Shown: positions 39,835-50,783 of the stretch, piece by piece
Layout of the letters: every line of letters begins with the position of its first letter
How positions within the stretch are numbered: the stretch's first letter is position 1
Assembly: GCA_963755915.1 (NCBI GenBank)
Contig: CAVWLP010000003.1
Coordinates: forward strand, 704,001-768,000
Source: an uncultured Phycisphaerales bacterium
GTDB taxonomy: Bacteria > Planctomycetota > Phycisphaerae > Tepidisphaerales > Tepidisphaeraceae
Direction: 5' to 3'
Length of the DNA stretch: 64,000 nucleotides
Notes under the pieces: generated by a model
What the model was told of the DNA's origin: nothing
What the model saw: the letters and a program-made list of their open reading frames with translations, nothing else
Databases searched by the model: none
Position numbers and translations under genes: made by a program

Positions 39835-41121
39835 TTATTGCGCTGGTGGTTTGGCGGGAACGCGACGGGCGCGTGGGAGATGGCGCGAGTAGCGCGGGGC
39901 GTTGACGCCGGGGATTACACGCTCGAAATGGATGTAAACCCAGGGGAAATTGCGGTGGTGAATGCGGTATTCCATGCCCAGGAGCCAGGCGAAATAGTGC
40001 ATGAGGATGATGCCTGAAAAGAGGCAGCCGTAGGCGGGAAGAAAATGCAGGATCCAGGGCGTGGCAGCGCTGCCGAGAATCAGGGCGATCGGCTGCATGC
40101 TGGTGGCGTAGATGCCGGTGAGATAGATGCTCAACGCGATGGGGTAGAGGATGACGAAGAAGGCGTAGCGCGGACCGATTTTTCCGATGGTGCCGAGGAT
40201 GCGCATGGGGTGAAGATTGGAAAGCGATCCGCTGGTGAGGGTGATCAGGACAATCGCGGGGAAGAAGATCAGGCCGAGGCAGTCGAACGAGAGAGCGGAG
40301 AGGAAGGTGATGGGGAGCGGCCAGTTTTTGGCTGCGCCGAAGATCCAGATGATCCGGCCGACGCCGAAGCAGATTATCCAGGCGAGGAAGATTCGCACGA
40401 AGGGGAGCCAGACGTCGTCGGTGAGATTGAAATGGCGGAGGAATCGCGGGAGCTCGTCGCGTTCTTCGAGGCCGACTTCCTCGACGACGTTGCCGTAATG
40501 GGCGACGAGGCCGAGGCCGACGACCACCATGGCGCCGACGGCGAGGATGAGGGAGAACGAAGCCGCGATAAGGAACATGTGGGCGAGGAGGACGAAGAGC
40601 ATGGCGGCGAGATTGACGGGAGAGAAGAGGCGAATGAAGGGGATGGCGATGGAGTAACTATCGGAAAGATCGGCGCGGGCGTAATCGAGGGCGGTGCCGG
40701 CGACGGGAATGGTCGCGGGATGGGGCCGTGGATTTTCCTCCGGGGCGACGGTGAGGGGGCGAATCAGCTCGCCGGTTTCGGGATCGTACTTGGGGGCGGT
40801 GGGATGGAGCTCAAATTCGTCGATGCGGAATTCGGTGCCGGCCTGGGCGATGTCTTCATGGGTAAGGCGGAGATCGCGTTCGACGCCGTCCTCGTCGACG
40901 TGATCGCGGGAGAAGGCCCGCATCATTCTCTCGACCTGCTCCGGATCAGAAACGGGCGGCGGCGCGTCGATGAGGAAGGTGCCATCGTCCGATAACTGGG
41001 CCAACTCGTCCATGGAGGGAACGTCGACGAGGCGCTGGCAGGCGGGGCACTGGACTTGGCGGCCGGCCATGTCGTCTGGGAGGTCGAAAACATGTTTGCA
41101 GCGGCAGGCAAAGTGGATCAT
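39835..41121 (-). CDS. Zn-ribbon + multi-TM membrane protein
   Basis: MIHFACRC...AGRQVQCPAC N-terminus, acidic linker, about 6 TM segments. Confidence 0.75.
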   Translation of the reverse strand: MIHFACRCKHVFDLPDDMAGRQVQCPACQRLVDVPSMDELAQLSDDGTFLIDAPPPVSDPEQVERMMRAFSRDHVDEDGVERDLRLTHEDIAQAGTEFRIDEFELHPTAPKYDPETGELIRPLTVAPEENPRPHPATIPVAGTALDYARADLSDSYSIAIPFIRLFSPVNLAAMLFVLLAHMFLIAASFSLILAVGAMVVVGLGLVAHYGNVVEEVGLEERDELPRFLRHFNLTDDVWLPFVRIFLAWIICFGVGRIIWIFGAAKNWPLPITFLSALSFDCLGLIFFPAIVLITLTSGSLSNLHPMRILGTIGKIGPRYAFFVILYPIALSIYLTGIYATSMQPIALILGSAATPWILHFLPAYGCLFSGIILMHYFAWLLGMEYRIHHRNFPWVYIHFERVIPGVNAPRYSRHLPRARRVPAKPPAQ

Positions 41122-41253
41122 GGGGGTTTCCCGCGACATCATATTATATACACGGGAAGGGCATATCCTCGGTCCGGAGGCATTGATAAGATCGGCTGCG
41201 TCCAGGATGAAGACGCCACCGGAGGGAGGGCGTTTCGTGGAAAAGGATCAAAA

Positions 41254-41658
41254 ATGCTGCGTTTATATGGATTTCTGACGGTGTTTCTGGTTGCCGGGGC
41301 GGCTTATGGGCAGAACGCCACGCCACAGGATTTGCAGAAGGTGAATGCGGAGCTTAAGGCGGAACTGGCGCAGGTGCAGGACCGGAAGGCGGAGCTTTCG
41401 ACGCGGGTGGCCGAGCTGGAGAAACAGAACAACGCGCAGGCGGCGCAGATCGAGGCATTACAAAAGCAGGCGGAGGGATTTGCGGACCGGACGCTTTTTC
41501 TGGGGGCGCATTTCGCGGCGTGGCAGCAGTTCATCGCAGCGAATCCGGCGATCGAGTATCAGTGGGAACTGTTTGAGGCGATGACCGGGGTGGGAAATAA
41601 CCCGCAGGAAAACCCGGTGTTTGTGGATACGAATTGGCCGTTGTCTTCAAAAAAATAA
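41254..41658 (+). CDS. Secreted coiled-coil hypothetical protein
   Basis: Signal peptide (AGAAYG|Q) then heptad repeats. Confidence 0.7.
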   Translation: MLRLYGFLTVFLVAGAAYGQNATPQDLQKVNAELKAELAQVQDRKAELSTRVAELEKQNNAQAAQIEALQKQAEGFADRTLFLGAHFAAWQQFIAANPAIEYQWELFEAMTGVGNNPQENPVFVDTNWPLSSKK

Positions 41659-41662
41659 AGCG

Positions 41663-41751
41663 ATTCACCGCGGAGATCGCAGAGAGCGCAGAGAAAGTCA
41701 GAACGCAATTTTGTTTTTATCTCTTCGCTCTCTGCGGGCTCCCCGGTGAAT
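41663..41751. repeat. Inverted 9-mer (CGCAGAGAG-type) repeat element
   Basis: ATTCACCGCGGAGATCGCAGAGAGCGCAGAGA ... CTCTCTGCGGGCTCCCCGGTGAAT between convergent genes. Confidence 0.7.
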
Positions 41752-41753
41752 TC

Positions 41754-42537
41754 CTAGTTTTTGGGACGTCTGGCCTGGATAAGAGTCGTCGGGGGATGGT
41801 CGCGGCGGAGGGTTTGGAAGCCCAGGTGCTGGAGCTGGGAGATCGCGGCGTTTACGTCGCCGGCGTGAGGGTGGAGCTCGGCGGCGAATTGCTGGGCGGC
41901 GGCGAAGAGAGGGCCGGGGTTTTTCAGGAGATCGAACTCGCTGCCTTCGATGTCGCACTTGATGAAGTGGATCGGGCCGGGGCCGAGACGCGAGAGGATT
42001 TCCGCTTCGGTGATGTTGGGAATCGTTGCGGCGCGGGGTGGATTTGAGGTCGGACTGGAACGATGTGGTTCCGCCGACGAAGGCGTTGATGATGGTGGCG
42101 CGGGATTCGAGATTATTGGCGGCGAGGGTGGCGCGGAGGCGGGCGCATTCATTGGGGTCGGCCTCGACGGCGAGAACGCGAACCCCCCTGCCGGAGGCGA
42201 GGGCGAGGACGGTGAAGAGGCCCATGTTGGCGCCGAGATCGACCACCGTGGCGTTGTCTGGGATGGTGAGGAAATCGTTGAGGTAGGGGTCGCGGACCCA
42301 GATTTCACGGATGCCGGTGAGGATCTGTTTGCCGGAGAGGGTTGCCCTGGCGTTGCGCAGCCTGGCGTGGAAGGGGCCGTCGCCGAGGGCGGCGTCGGCG
42401 GGTTGGAGATTGCCGGAGCGGCGGCAGGCCTTGAAGTGGAAAATAATCGCCAGGAGCCAGCGGAGCGCCACGATGGGGCCGCAGACCCGGCATAGTCCCC
42501 GGAAATCGGAGGCGATGATCCGGATGGAGCGGAGCAT
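41754..42537 (-). CDS. FkbM-family methyltransferase (frameshift near 42030)
   Basis: VVDLGANMGLF, LAVEADP; IKCDIEGSE, ELHP in the second frame. Confidence 0.85.
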
Positions 42538-42543
42538 TTGGCG

Positions 42544-43359
42544 CTATTGGCCGACTTCGATGCGGATGTATTTTTCGATTGCGGCGCCCTTGGCCTTCAG
42601 GTAGTTGGCGACGGAGCCTTTGAATACTTCGGGGTTGATGTATTCCTGGTCGAGAAGGACGCGCTCGGAGAAAAAGCTGTTGAGCTTTCCTTCGGCGATT
42701 TTTTCGGCGATGTTTTGCGGCTTGCCGGTGGCCTTGGCCTGCTCGACGGCGATGTCCTTTTCCCTGGCGACGAGGTCGGCGGGGACGTCGTTGCGGGTAA
42801 GGGCGATGGGACGGGCGGCGACGATGTGCATGCCGAGGTCGCGGAAGATTGAGTCGTCAGTTTTGCCGGTAATGGAGATCAGGACGGCGCTTTTGCCTTT
42901 TTCGGCGACGGAATAGACGTAGGAGCCGATGGCGCCGGAGATGGTGGTGAGAACGGACGTGCGTCCGATCTGGACGTTTTCGCCCGTCTGCTGGGAGACG
43001 GCGACGAGCTGGTCCTTTATGGCCGGATCGTCGGCGAGCCTGGCTTCAATGTCGGCGAGAAGCTTTTGGGCCGCGAGGGCGGCGACTTTGGCAACGGGCT
43101 CGCTCTTGGCGGTGAAGTCGGTGTTGCAGTTGATCTCGACGATGACGCCGCGCTTGCGGTCGGGGGAGACGGCAGCGAGAACGCGACCCTCGGTGGCGGC
43201 ACGCTCGGTGATGGAGGTTTTCACGCCCTTCTTGCGGAAATAGTCGATGGCTTTTTCAACGTCGCCGGCACATTCGGAGAGGGCCTTTTTGCACTCCATC
43301 ATTCCCAGGCCGGTTTTGGAGCGGAGTTCGTTAACGAGTTTAGCGGTAATTTCAGGCAT
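42544..43359 (-). CDS. tsf: Elongation factor Ts
   Basis: LVNELRSKTGLGMMECKKAL, EINCNTDFTAK, LGMHIVA, KIAEGKL. Confidence 0.96.
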   Translation of the reverse strand: MPEITAKLVNELRSKTGLGMMECKKALSECAGDVEKAIDYFRKKGVKTSITERAATEGRVLAAVSPDRKRGVIVEINCNTDFTAKSEPVAKVAALAAQKLLADIEARLADDPAIKDQLVAVSQQTGENVQIGRTSVLTTISGAIGSYVYSVAEKGKSAVLISITGKTDDSIFRDLGMHIVAARPIALTRNDVPADLVAREKDIAVEQAKATGKPQNIAEKIAEGKLNSFFSERVLLDQEYINPEVFKGSVANYLKAKGAAIEKYIRIEVGQ

Positions 43360-43505
43360 AGGACCTCCAGAATCATTTTAGCCATGGATCAAAAGCCAAA
43401 GGCACACAGATAAATGCAGGGGGAATCATCATCGCATTCTCATCTGTGTTCATCTGATTGTCATCTGACTTCGACGAGCTCAGTCGAGTCGTGGCAATAA
43501 TTTCT

Positions 43506-44365
43506 TTAGGCCGATTGGACGGCGTGCACATTCTCGGCAGGCGGGGTGTTTTCGGGGTGTTCGGCGGGGCCTGGGCCGGTGGCCTCGTCGGCGCGGAAGG
43601 CGGTGCGGGTGCTTCGACGCCGGGGCTGCTGGGGCTCTTCGCCCTTCACTTCGCCGCGGCCGGTCTTGCCTTCGATGATCGAGTCGGCCAGTTCCTTGAG
43701 GATGATCTCGACGGCCCGCATGGCGTCGTCGTTGCCGGGGATGGGGAGGTCGATGAGATCCGGGATCGCTGTCGGTGTCGATGAGGGCAACGGTTTTGAC
43801 GCCGAGCTTGCGGGCTTCCTTGACGGCGATGTGCTCGCGGCGGGTGTCGATGATGAACATCACGCCGGGCATGCGGTCCATTTTGCGGATGCCTTCGAGG
43901 TTGGCCTTGATCTTGTCGCGCTCGCGGCCGAGCGTGGATTTCATTTTCTTGGAGTAGGTGTCGATCGGGGCTTTGCCGGAGGGCCCGGCTTCAAAGAGTT
44001 TTTCGAGTTCTTCGAGGCGGTTGAGCCGGGCGCGGATGGTGCGGAAGTTGGTGAGCGTTCCGCCGAGCCAGCGCTCCGAGACGTAGTGCATTCCGCAGCG
44101 CCTGGCTTCTTCCTCGACGGCATGCCGCGCCTGGCGCTTGGTTCCGACGAAGAGCACGTCGCGTCCACCGGCGACGGTCTGCTGGATAAGTTTTTTGGCT
44201 GCGAAGGAGGCCCTTGAGGGTTTCGCGGACATCGATGATGTGAATCATGTTCCGCTTGCCGTGGATGTAGGGCGCCATCTTGGGGTTCCAGCGAGAGACG
44301 CGGTGGCCGAAATGAACGCCGGCATCGACGAGAGATTTGACCAGATCCGCCTGCGACTGTGGCAT
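43506..44365 (-). CDS. rpsB: 30S ribosomal protein S2 (two frameshifts)
   Basis: [43 protein letters not shown], across three frames; upstream of tsf. Confidence 0.95.
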
Positions 44366-44693
44366 TCAGCAACTCCAAAACAACGGCGATCTCGTTAGAG
44401 AAAAGCCGGCAGCCCGTGCGGCGAGGGGATGGCCAGACATCCATCGCCGCCATGGGGCTTGGGATAAGAAGAAGTTTTTAAACGACCCTCGACAACGGAC
44501 AGACCGAACGGCCGGGAATCCATCGCAGGGGGCTCCTGGCGAGCCAAGTCGTCAAGCTTAGGCCGACGGGGGGAAATTTGCAAGAGTTGAATGGGGAATG
44601 CCCGCGCCAATCGCGTAAGCGGGGATGTCGCGTGGAGGGGTGGGAAATGCCGGGGGAGCGGCTACAATCGCGTCAAATTATCCGGAGATTGCC

Positions 44694-44978
44694 ATGGGTA
44701 AAGAGGAAAAGGAATTATCGGATGTTGTGGTGGTGATCGTGGAAGAAGCGGGCATGTCGGCGGCGGATGCCGCGGAGAAACTGCGGGAGATAGGGCTGGT
44801 CGTTTCGGGGGTGGATGAAAATGAGTGCGTTATCGAGGGGTGCATCGAGACGGAAAAGATCGGGGGAATCAGGCGGATGGAGTTTGTGAAATATGTGCGC
44901 AACGTTTTCGACTATCTGACGGAAGAGGGGGAGGAGGACGACAAGCTGAATTCGGAAGCAGACGACGCCGGCGCTTGA
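44694..44978 (+). CDS. Small acidic hypothetical protein
   Basis: GGAG SD before ATG 44694; beta-alpha pattern; followed by a hairpin. Confidence 0.65.
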   Translation: MGKEEKELSDVVVVIVEEAGMSAADAAEKLREIGLVVSGVDENECVIEGCIETEKIGGIRRMEFVKYVRNVFDYLTEEGEEDDKLNSEADDAGA

Positions 44979-45000
44979 GTGCGCCGGCGTCGTGGTTTTT
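44962..45000 (+). terminator. Intrinsic terminator-like hairpin
   Basis: 13-bp perfect stem ACGACGCCGGCGC-TTGAGT-GCGCCGGCGTCGT followed by GGTTTTT. Confidence 0.65.
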
Positions 45001-45063
45001 ATGCCCAAGATTTCTTCTGGGGGCTTTCCGGCGAATGAGCTCGCCGGGAGTTGATGACTCACA

Positions 45064-45456
45064 TTAGCGCCAATAGCCGTGATAGTAGACGTAGCCGTGC
45101 GGGCCGTAACGCCAGCCGGGGCGTACCCAGACGTGATATCCGGGGGCGGGTCGGCGGTAGTAGCCGTGGCGCCAGACATAGCTGTAACCGTTCCACCACC
45201 AGTAGCCGCCGACCCAGACGAACGTGGGATCGGGCGGAGCAGGTATAACCTCGACCTGATCGGGGGGAGGCGGATTGGGGGCAACGACTTCGGCATTGGG
45301 ATCAGGCGGCGGAGGAGTAGCCGGGGTTGGCGGCGGCGCGTTCGTATAGACGACGGTTGGGGCGGGTTCCTCACGGACGACGCATCCGGCAAGGCCGCCG
45401 AAGCCAAAGGCGGCAGCAGCCGCTAGCAGAATTGATTTTCTGATTGAGCGAGTCAT
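45064..45456 (-). CDS. YXWGXW-repeat lipoprotein
   Basis: Lipobox LAGC, Pro-rich linker, VWVGGYWWW / VWRHGYY / VWVRPGW repeats. Confidence 0.85.
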   Translation of the reverse strand: MTRSIRKSILLAAAAAFGFGGLAGCVVREEPAPTVVYTNAPPPTPATPPPPDPNAEVVAPNPPPPDQVEVIPAPPDPTFVWVGGYWWWNGYSYVWRHGYYRRPAPGYHVWVRPGWRYGPHGYVYYHGYWR

Positions 45457-45582
45457 TTTAAGACCTCCCTATTAATGGGCCTGGTTCATAGTAGTTGCTA
45501 ACCGTGCACCAGTTCCACAAAGTCTAACGCGGAGGCGGGCCCGTTATTGCCAGCCAACTTTATCTTGTGAGCCAGACGGAGC

Positions 45583-46120
45583 TTACATCGGCTCTTTTTT
45601 GACGGTTTCGTCGAAAATATTGAGGAGCTTGGCCTTGTCGAAGATCATTTCCTGGCGGGTGAGTCCGACGATGTCGTAGGTGTGGGTGAGTTCGATGGCG
45701 TCGACGGGGCAGGCTTCTTCGCACATGCCGCAGTAGATGCAGCGAAGCTCGTCGATGTCGAATTTTGCGGGATATTTTTCGCGGTCGGCCCAGGGGCTCT
45801 CGGCGGCTTCGATGTGAATGCAGTGGGCGGGGCAGGCAGTGGAGCACATGAAGCAGGCGACGCATTTGACGCGGCCCTCTTCGTCCTTGTTGAGACGGTG
45901 CACGCCGCGGTAGGTCTTGATGAGCATTCCGCCCTTTTCGACCTGCATGTCTTCGCGTTTTTCTTCGGGGTATTGGATGACCCGATCCTTGCCGCGGACG
46001 ACGACGGCAAGCATGTGCTTCATCGTGGTGCCCAGGCCGATGAGAACCTGCGGCAGGTAGAAGGTGTCGGCCTAGCGAGAGCTTTGGTTCGTCGAGGACG
46101 ATGACGTCGGAGTCTTTCAT
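45583..46120 (-). CDS. nuoI: NADH-quinone oxidoreductase subunit I (frameshift near 46073)
   Basis: QYPEE, YRGVHRL, CVACFMCSTACP, CIYCGMCEEACP. Confidence 0.93.
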
Positions 46121-46124
46121 GGGA

Positions 46125-47577
46125 TTACTCAGTTGGAATGACTCGGAACCGACCCCGCAGGCAAGGGCGTGTTGGAAAATCGGCTGCCGATAACGGTGAG
46201 CGCGCCGGTTGGTCGCTGGGGCGGGGGGAATCCAGGCGGTGAAGATCATGATGAGCGGCGCCGAGGAGGACGTTGAAGACGAGCATGGTGAGCGCGGCGG
46301 CGCCGCCGAGGCCGTCGTAGGTGTTGCCGTGGAAGGCGAAGACGATGATCGAGGTCACCATCAGCATGGCCAGCGCGATCGGGATCAGCGCCCGCCAGGC
46401 GAGCATCATGATTTGGTCGAAGCGGAATCGCGGCAGGCTCCAGCGAACCCACATGAAGACGAAGATGATGGCGACGGTTTTGACGAAGAAGACGATGCGC
46501 GCGAAGGATGCAGATGATGAAGCTGGTGGTGACGGCGGGATGACCGGGCAATGTCGCCGCGGCAGGCCGGGGAAATCCCAGCCGCCGAAGAAGAGGGCGA
46601 CGCAGACGGCACTGGTGGTGATCATGCCGGCGTATTCACCGAGGAAAAAGAGGGCGAATCGCATCGCGCTGAATATTCGGTGTGATAGCCGCCGACGAGT
46701 TCCTGCTCGCACTCGGCGGTGTCGAAGGGGGCGCGATTGGCTTCGGCGTGGATGCAGATGAGGAACATGACGAAAGCCAGCGGCTGCGAGAAGACATTCC
46801 ACGCGGGGATGATGCCGACCCAGTAGTGGCACTGTTTTTCGACGAGGGTGTTCAGGTCGAGCGTGCCATACATGACGACGATGCAGAGAACCGCCAGGCC
46901 GAGGGGAATTTCATAGGAGATCATGTTGGCGGTGGCGCAGAGCCGCCGAGGAAGGAATATTTGTTATTGCTGGCCCAGCCGCCGATGACGACGCCGTAAA
47001 CGGCCAGCGAGAGGACGGCCAGGACGAAGAGGACGCCGATGTTGAGGTTGGCGATCTGGAAGGGGTATTGGTAGGTGATCGTTGTACTGGTCGATTGCCG
47101 CAGGTCCTGCGGCTGGCCGACAAGCTGGTCGCCCTGTGCGATCTGGGCGCTGGCGGCGGCAGTGAATCGTCAGTCGTATCGGCAGGAATCGTGATGACCC
47201 GGCTGGCCTGGCGGGTTCCGCCCCAGGGAAGGACGGCGATGCTCACGATGATCACCAGGACCATGAGTCCGGGGGCGACGGTGAAGAGAACTTTGTCGAC
47301 GCTGGCGGGATGGTAGTCTTCCTTGACGATGAATTTGAGTCCGTCAGCAAGCGGCTGGCCGAAGCCGGCCATTTTCTTGTCTTTGAGGAAGGGAATGATT
47401 CCGAAGCCAAGGCCCGACGCGGTTGGGGCCGATGCGGTCCTGCACCCAACTGGCGACTTTGCGCTCGAGAAGGATCAGATAGGCTACGGTGCCCATGATG
47501 GCGCCGTGGGCGATGAGGGCGATCCAGAACCATGGGGGGATGTTGGCGACAAACCAGTTAATTACAGTGTCGATCAT
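46125..47577 (-). CDS. nuoH: NADH-quinone oxidoreductase subunit H (multiple frameshifts)
   Basis: [43 protein letters not shown]...[27 protein letters not shown]. Confidence 0.92.
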
Positions 47578-47611
47578 GATGCTGTCTCGGGGAGATAATT
47601 ACATTGGTTTT

Positions 47612-49201
47612 TTACAGTTCGGCAAACTCCATTGCCGGGGCCGGGGTATGTTCGACCGGCAGGGAGACCGAGGCAAATGGTTCGCCCATTTCCTTGCGGA
47701 TGGCTTCGGCGTTGTAGAGGCCGGGGGTATTCAGGAGCGATAGATATAAATCCCCTTCGCGGGTGACGCCCTGCGGCGGAGCAACGGCGGCGACGAAAGG
47801 CTGAATCTTTCCCGAGAAATTTTCCCAGCAGCCGTCTTTTTCGGCCCACGCCGCCGAGGAGAGAATGATGTCGGCGCTGTCACTGAGGGTTGTGGGGAGA
47901 ATGTCCTGAACGACTTTGAAGCCTGATTTCAGGGGAGCGGGGATTTCGCCGGTGATCCAGTTGGAGTGATATCCGCCAACGATCCAACCGGCTTTCAGGT
48001 TGGCCGGTGCAGAGGTCGAGAATTCATTCCAATCTGAAGTTGGGCCGCCGAAAGTTTGCAGGACCCGGCGGATGCCGGCGGCGTTTGGGACCTTTTCGGC
48101 TTTGATCACGAACGTCTGCTGGCCGGTGAGATAGTTCCGGAAGATTTCGTCCTGCCCTGTCGAGGGAACGGGGCCGAGGACGAGAAGCGCCTGCGGATCA
48201 ATCGCGCGAATTGCTTTCGCGAGAAGGTACGCTTCTTCGCACGCCATCATGGGGGAAAGGACGGCATAGAGACTTCCCGGCGAGTTCGCGGCGAGGGACT
48301 TCAATTGTTTGACGGCAATATCAAACGCCTCAGGCGTGCTAGCAGGCGTGAGCGCTCCGTGCTCGCGCTTAAACGCGGTTTTCAGGCGCTTGGGGTGATA
48401 GAGAATTTTGTACGAATAGCGGGTGTCGTCGCTGATCCACCAGGTGTTGATCTCGGCGTTATAGCGCGACTAGATGCGATAGACGACGCCTTCGTTAAAT
48501 TCGACGAACATGTTTTCACCGCCGCTGTCGGCCGGGGAAATAGACGGGGCCTGCTTGAGGAGCCAGACGCGCTGCTTGAAGAGGAAATCTTTATCCAGCA
48601 GGGCGCCTACCGGGCAGAGTTCGACGACGTTGCCGGCAAGTTTATTGTTGCACGGTTTGCCGGGGAAGACGTCGATTTCTTCTTTGTGCCCGCGGCCATT
48701 GACGAAAAGCTCGGAGGTGCCGGAGACTTCGCGCGTAAAGCGCACGCAGCGGGTGCACATGATGCAGCGGTCGCCGTAGAGGAGGATATTCTCGCCCACG
48801 TCTTTTTTGGGCTTCTTGGCCTTGTCTTCCTCGAAGCGGGATTGGCTGCGGCCGTATTCGTAGGAATAGTCCTGGAGGAAGCACTCCCCGGCCTGGTCGC
48901 AAACCGGGCAATCGAGCGGATGATTGATCAGCAGATATTCCATCACCTGCTTCTGGTTCATGACCGCCTTGGTGGACTTGGAATAAACCACCATTCCATC
49001 CCGCACCGGCGTCTGGCAGGAGGGGACGAGCTTGGGGATGCCTTCGACTTCAACGAGACAGATTCGGCAGGAGGCGGGAATCGAAAGGCCCCCGTGGTAA
49101 CAATAGGACGGCATTTTGACCCCGGCATCCTCACAGGCCTGGAGGATCATCTGGCGGTCTTTACACTCAATTGTCTTGCCATCGACGGTGATCTTGGGCA
49201 T
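47612..49201 (-). CDS. nuoG: NADH-quinone oxidoreductase subunit G-like (short; in-frame TAG at 48470-48472)
   Basis: CYH...SCRICLVEV, NHPLDCPVCDQAGECFLQD, RCIMCTRCVRF, CPVGAL; reads on in frame past the stop (SRYNAEINTWWISDDTR) into ORF 47612..48304. Confidence 0.9.
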
Positions 49202-49231
49202 AGAGTGGGGATGGTACACGAGATGATAGGC

Positions 49232-49333
49232 GAGGCAAATGCCGATTGGGAAGAGAATGCCGAATGCCGATTGCCAAATGCCGAATGAAACGGCGGCTCT
49301 TCATTCGTCATTTGGCAATCGGCATTCGGCAAT
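49232..49333. repeat. Inverted array of degenerate heptamers
   Basis: GAATGCC GAATGCC GATTGCC AAATGCC GAATGAA ... TTCATTC GTCATTT GGCAATC GGCATTC; shares GAGGCAAATGCCGATT with the 32.8 kb array. Confidence 0.75.
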
Positions 49334-49370
49334 ATCCACACAAGTCTGATATCATTTGCAGCACATCATT

Positions 49371-50542
49371 ATGGAACGATTATTTTTTCGCACGGCTGGA
49401 GAGTCACATGGGAAGGCGCTGATTGCGCTGGTGGAGGGAATGCCGGAGGGGGTGGCCGTCGATCAGGCGTTTATTGACGGGGAATTGCGGCGGAGACAGG
49501 GAGGCTATGGCCGCGGAGGCCGGCAGAAGATCGAGACGGATCACGCGGAATTTTTGAGCGGGGTGCGGCTGGGAAAGACAATCGGGTCGCCGATTGCGAT
49601 GGAAATCGTGAACAAGGATGCGCGGCTGGATGATCCGGCCGCGACCCCCCCACTGCATCGCCCGCGGCCGGGACATGCGGACCTGGCGGGTTCGGTGAAA
49701 TGGCTGACGACGGATTGCCGGCTCACGCTGGAACGCGCCAGCGCGAGAGAGACGGCAGCACGCGTAGCGGCGGGCGCGTTGTCCCGATGCTTCCTGCGGG
49801 AGTTTGGGATCGAAGTGTTCGGGTTTGTCCGCAGCGTGGGGCCGGTGGAGGGGAAGTTTGTCGTCGACGAGAAGAACTGGCGGGAGATGCTCCGGCGCGG
49901 GATGCTTCGGAGGTTTATTGCCCCGATCCGGCCGCCGATGAGGCGATGCGGCAGTTCATCAACGATCAGAAAATGGCGAAGGACACGGCCGGAGGAATCG
50001 TCGAAGCGCATGTTTTCGGATGCCCGATCGGGCTGGGGAGCTGCATGACCTGGGATGGAAGACTCGATGGCCGCATTGCGGCGGCGGTGGCGAGTATTCA
50101 GGCATTCAAGGGAGTGGAGTTTGGATTGGGCTTTGAGGCGGCGCGCAGGCCGGGGTCGCAGGTGCATGATGAGATTGGATTTGACGCGAGCCAGAAGAAC
50201 ACGCCCGCGCTGGGTTTTGTGCGCGGGACGAATAATGCCGGGGGATTGGAAGGCGGGATGACCAACGGAAGACCAGTCATCGTGCGCGGGGCGATGAAGC
50301 CGATCAGCACTCTTGGCAAGCCGCTAAAGAGCGTGGATCTGAATACGAAGGAGCCGTCGGAAGCGGGGTGGGAGCGGTCGGATATCTCAGCGATCGGCGC
50401 CGCGTCGGTGATCATGGAGAATGTGGTGGCGTTTGAGATTGCGCGGGGGTTTCTGGAAAAGTTTGGGGGGGATTCGATGCGGGAGATTCGCACGAATTAC
50501 GACAGCTATTTAGCGATGGCGAGGAAGTTGCCGCTGGAGTGA
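49371..50542 (+). CDS. aroC: Chorismate synthase (frameshift near 49895)
   Basis: TAGESHG, RRQGGYGRGGR, RPRPGHAD, ERASARETA; NNAGGLEGGMTNG, MKPIST, ERSD. Confidence 0.96.
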
Positions 50543-50545
50543 ATC

Positions 50546-50767
50546 GTGAAAATCCGTCTAGAAGCAATTTCTTGTCGACGTGTGCGTAATCATCAGATCA
50601 GTGCAATCGAAGGGATTCGTAGGGGGTTGGAAGATGTCAAAAATGGTCGTACGCGACCAGTGCGAATCGCGTTTGCGGAGATTCGGCGGAGATTAAAAAG
50701 CTCCGCGAAGCAAAACGTGACAGGGTTGTCGAAGCGGAAAACGCGCTCCCCTTCGGGTCGCGGCTAA
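50546..50767 (+). pseudogene. Possible antitoxin C-terminal remnant
   Basis: AIEGIRRGLEDVKNGRTRPVRIAFAEIRRR resembles ParD/Phd-type antitoxin C-termini; no toxin gene follows. Confidence 0.45.
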
Positions 50768-50769
50768 AC
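50740..50769 (-). repeat. REP-like element, family A (copy 2)
   Basis: 30/30 reverse complement of 7970-7999. Confidence 0.85.
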
Positions 50770-50783
50770 GGCTGGGTGCGGAG

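Noticed and set aside
43506-44365. Programmed frameshifting in rpsB and other split genes
   Set aside because: No slippery sites or precedent; the frequency across unrelated genes indicates sequencing error.
20059-48472. TAG recoding (pyrrolysine or alternative code) suggested by in-frame ambers in the IS4 transposase and nuoG
   Set aside because: The expected residues differ (Trp versus Lys), and many genes end normally in TAG (ptsI, plsX, fabH, fabD, xseA).
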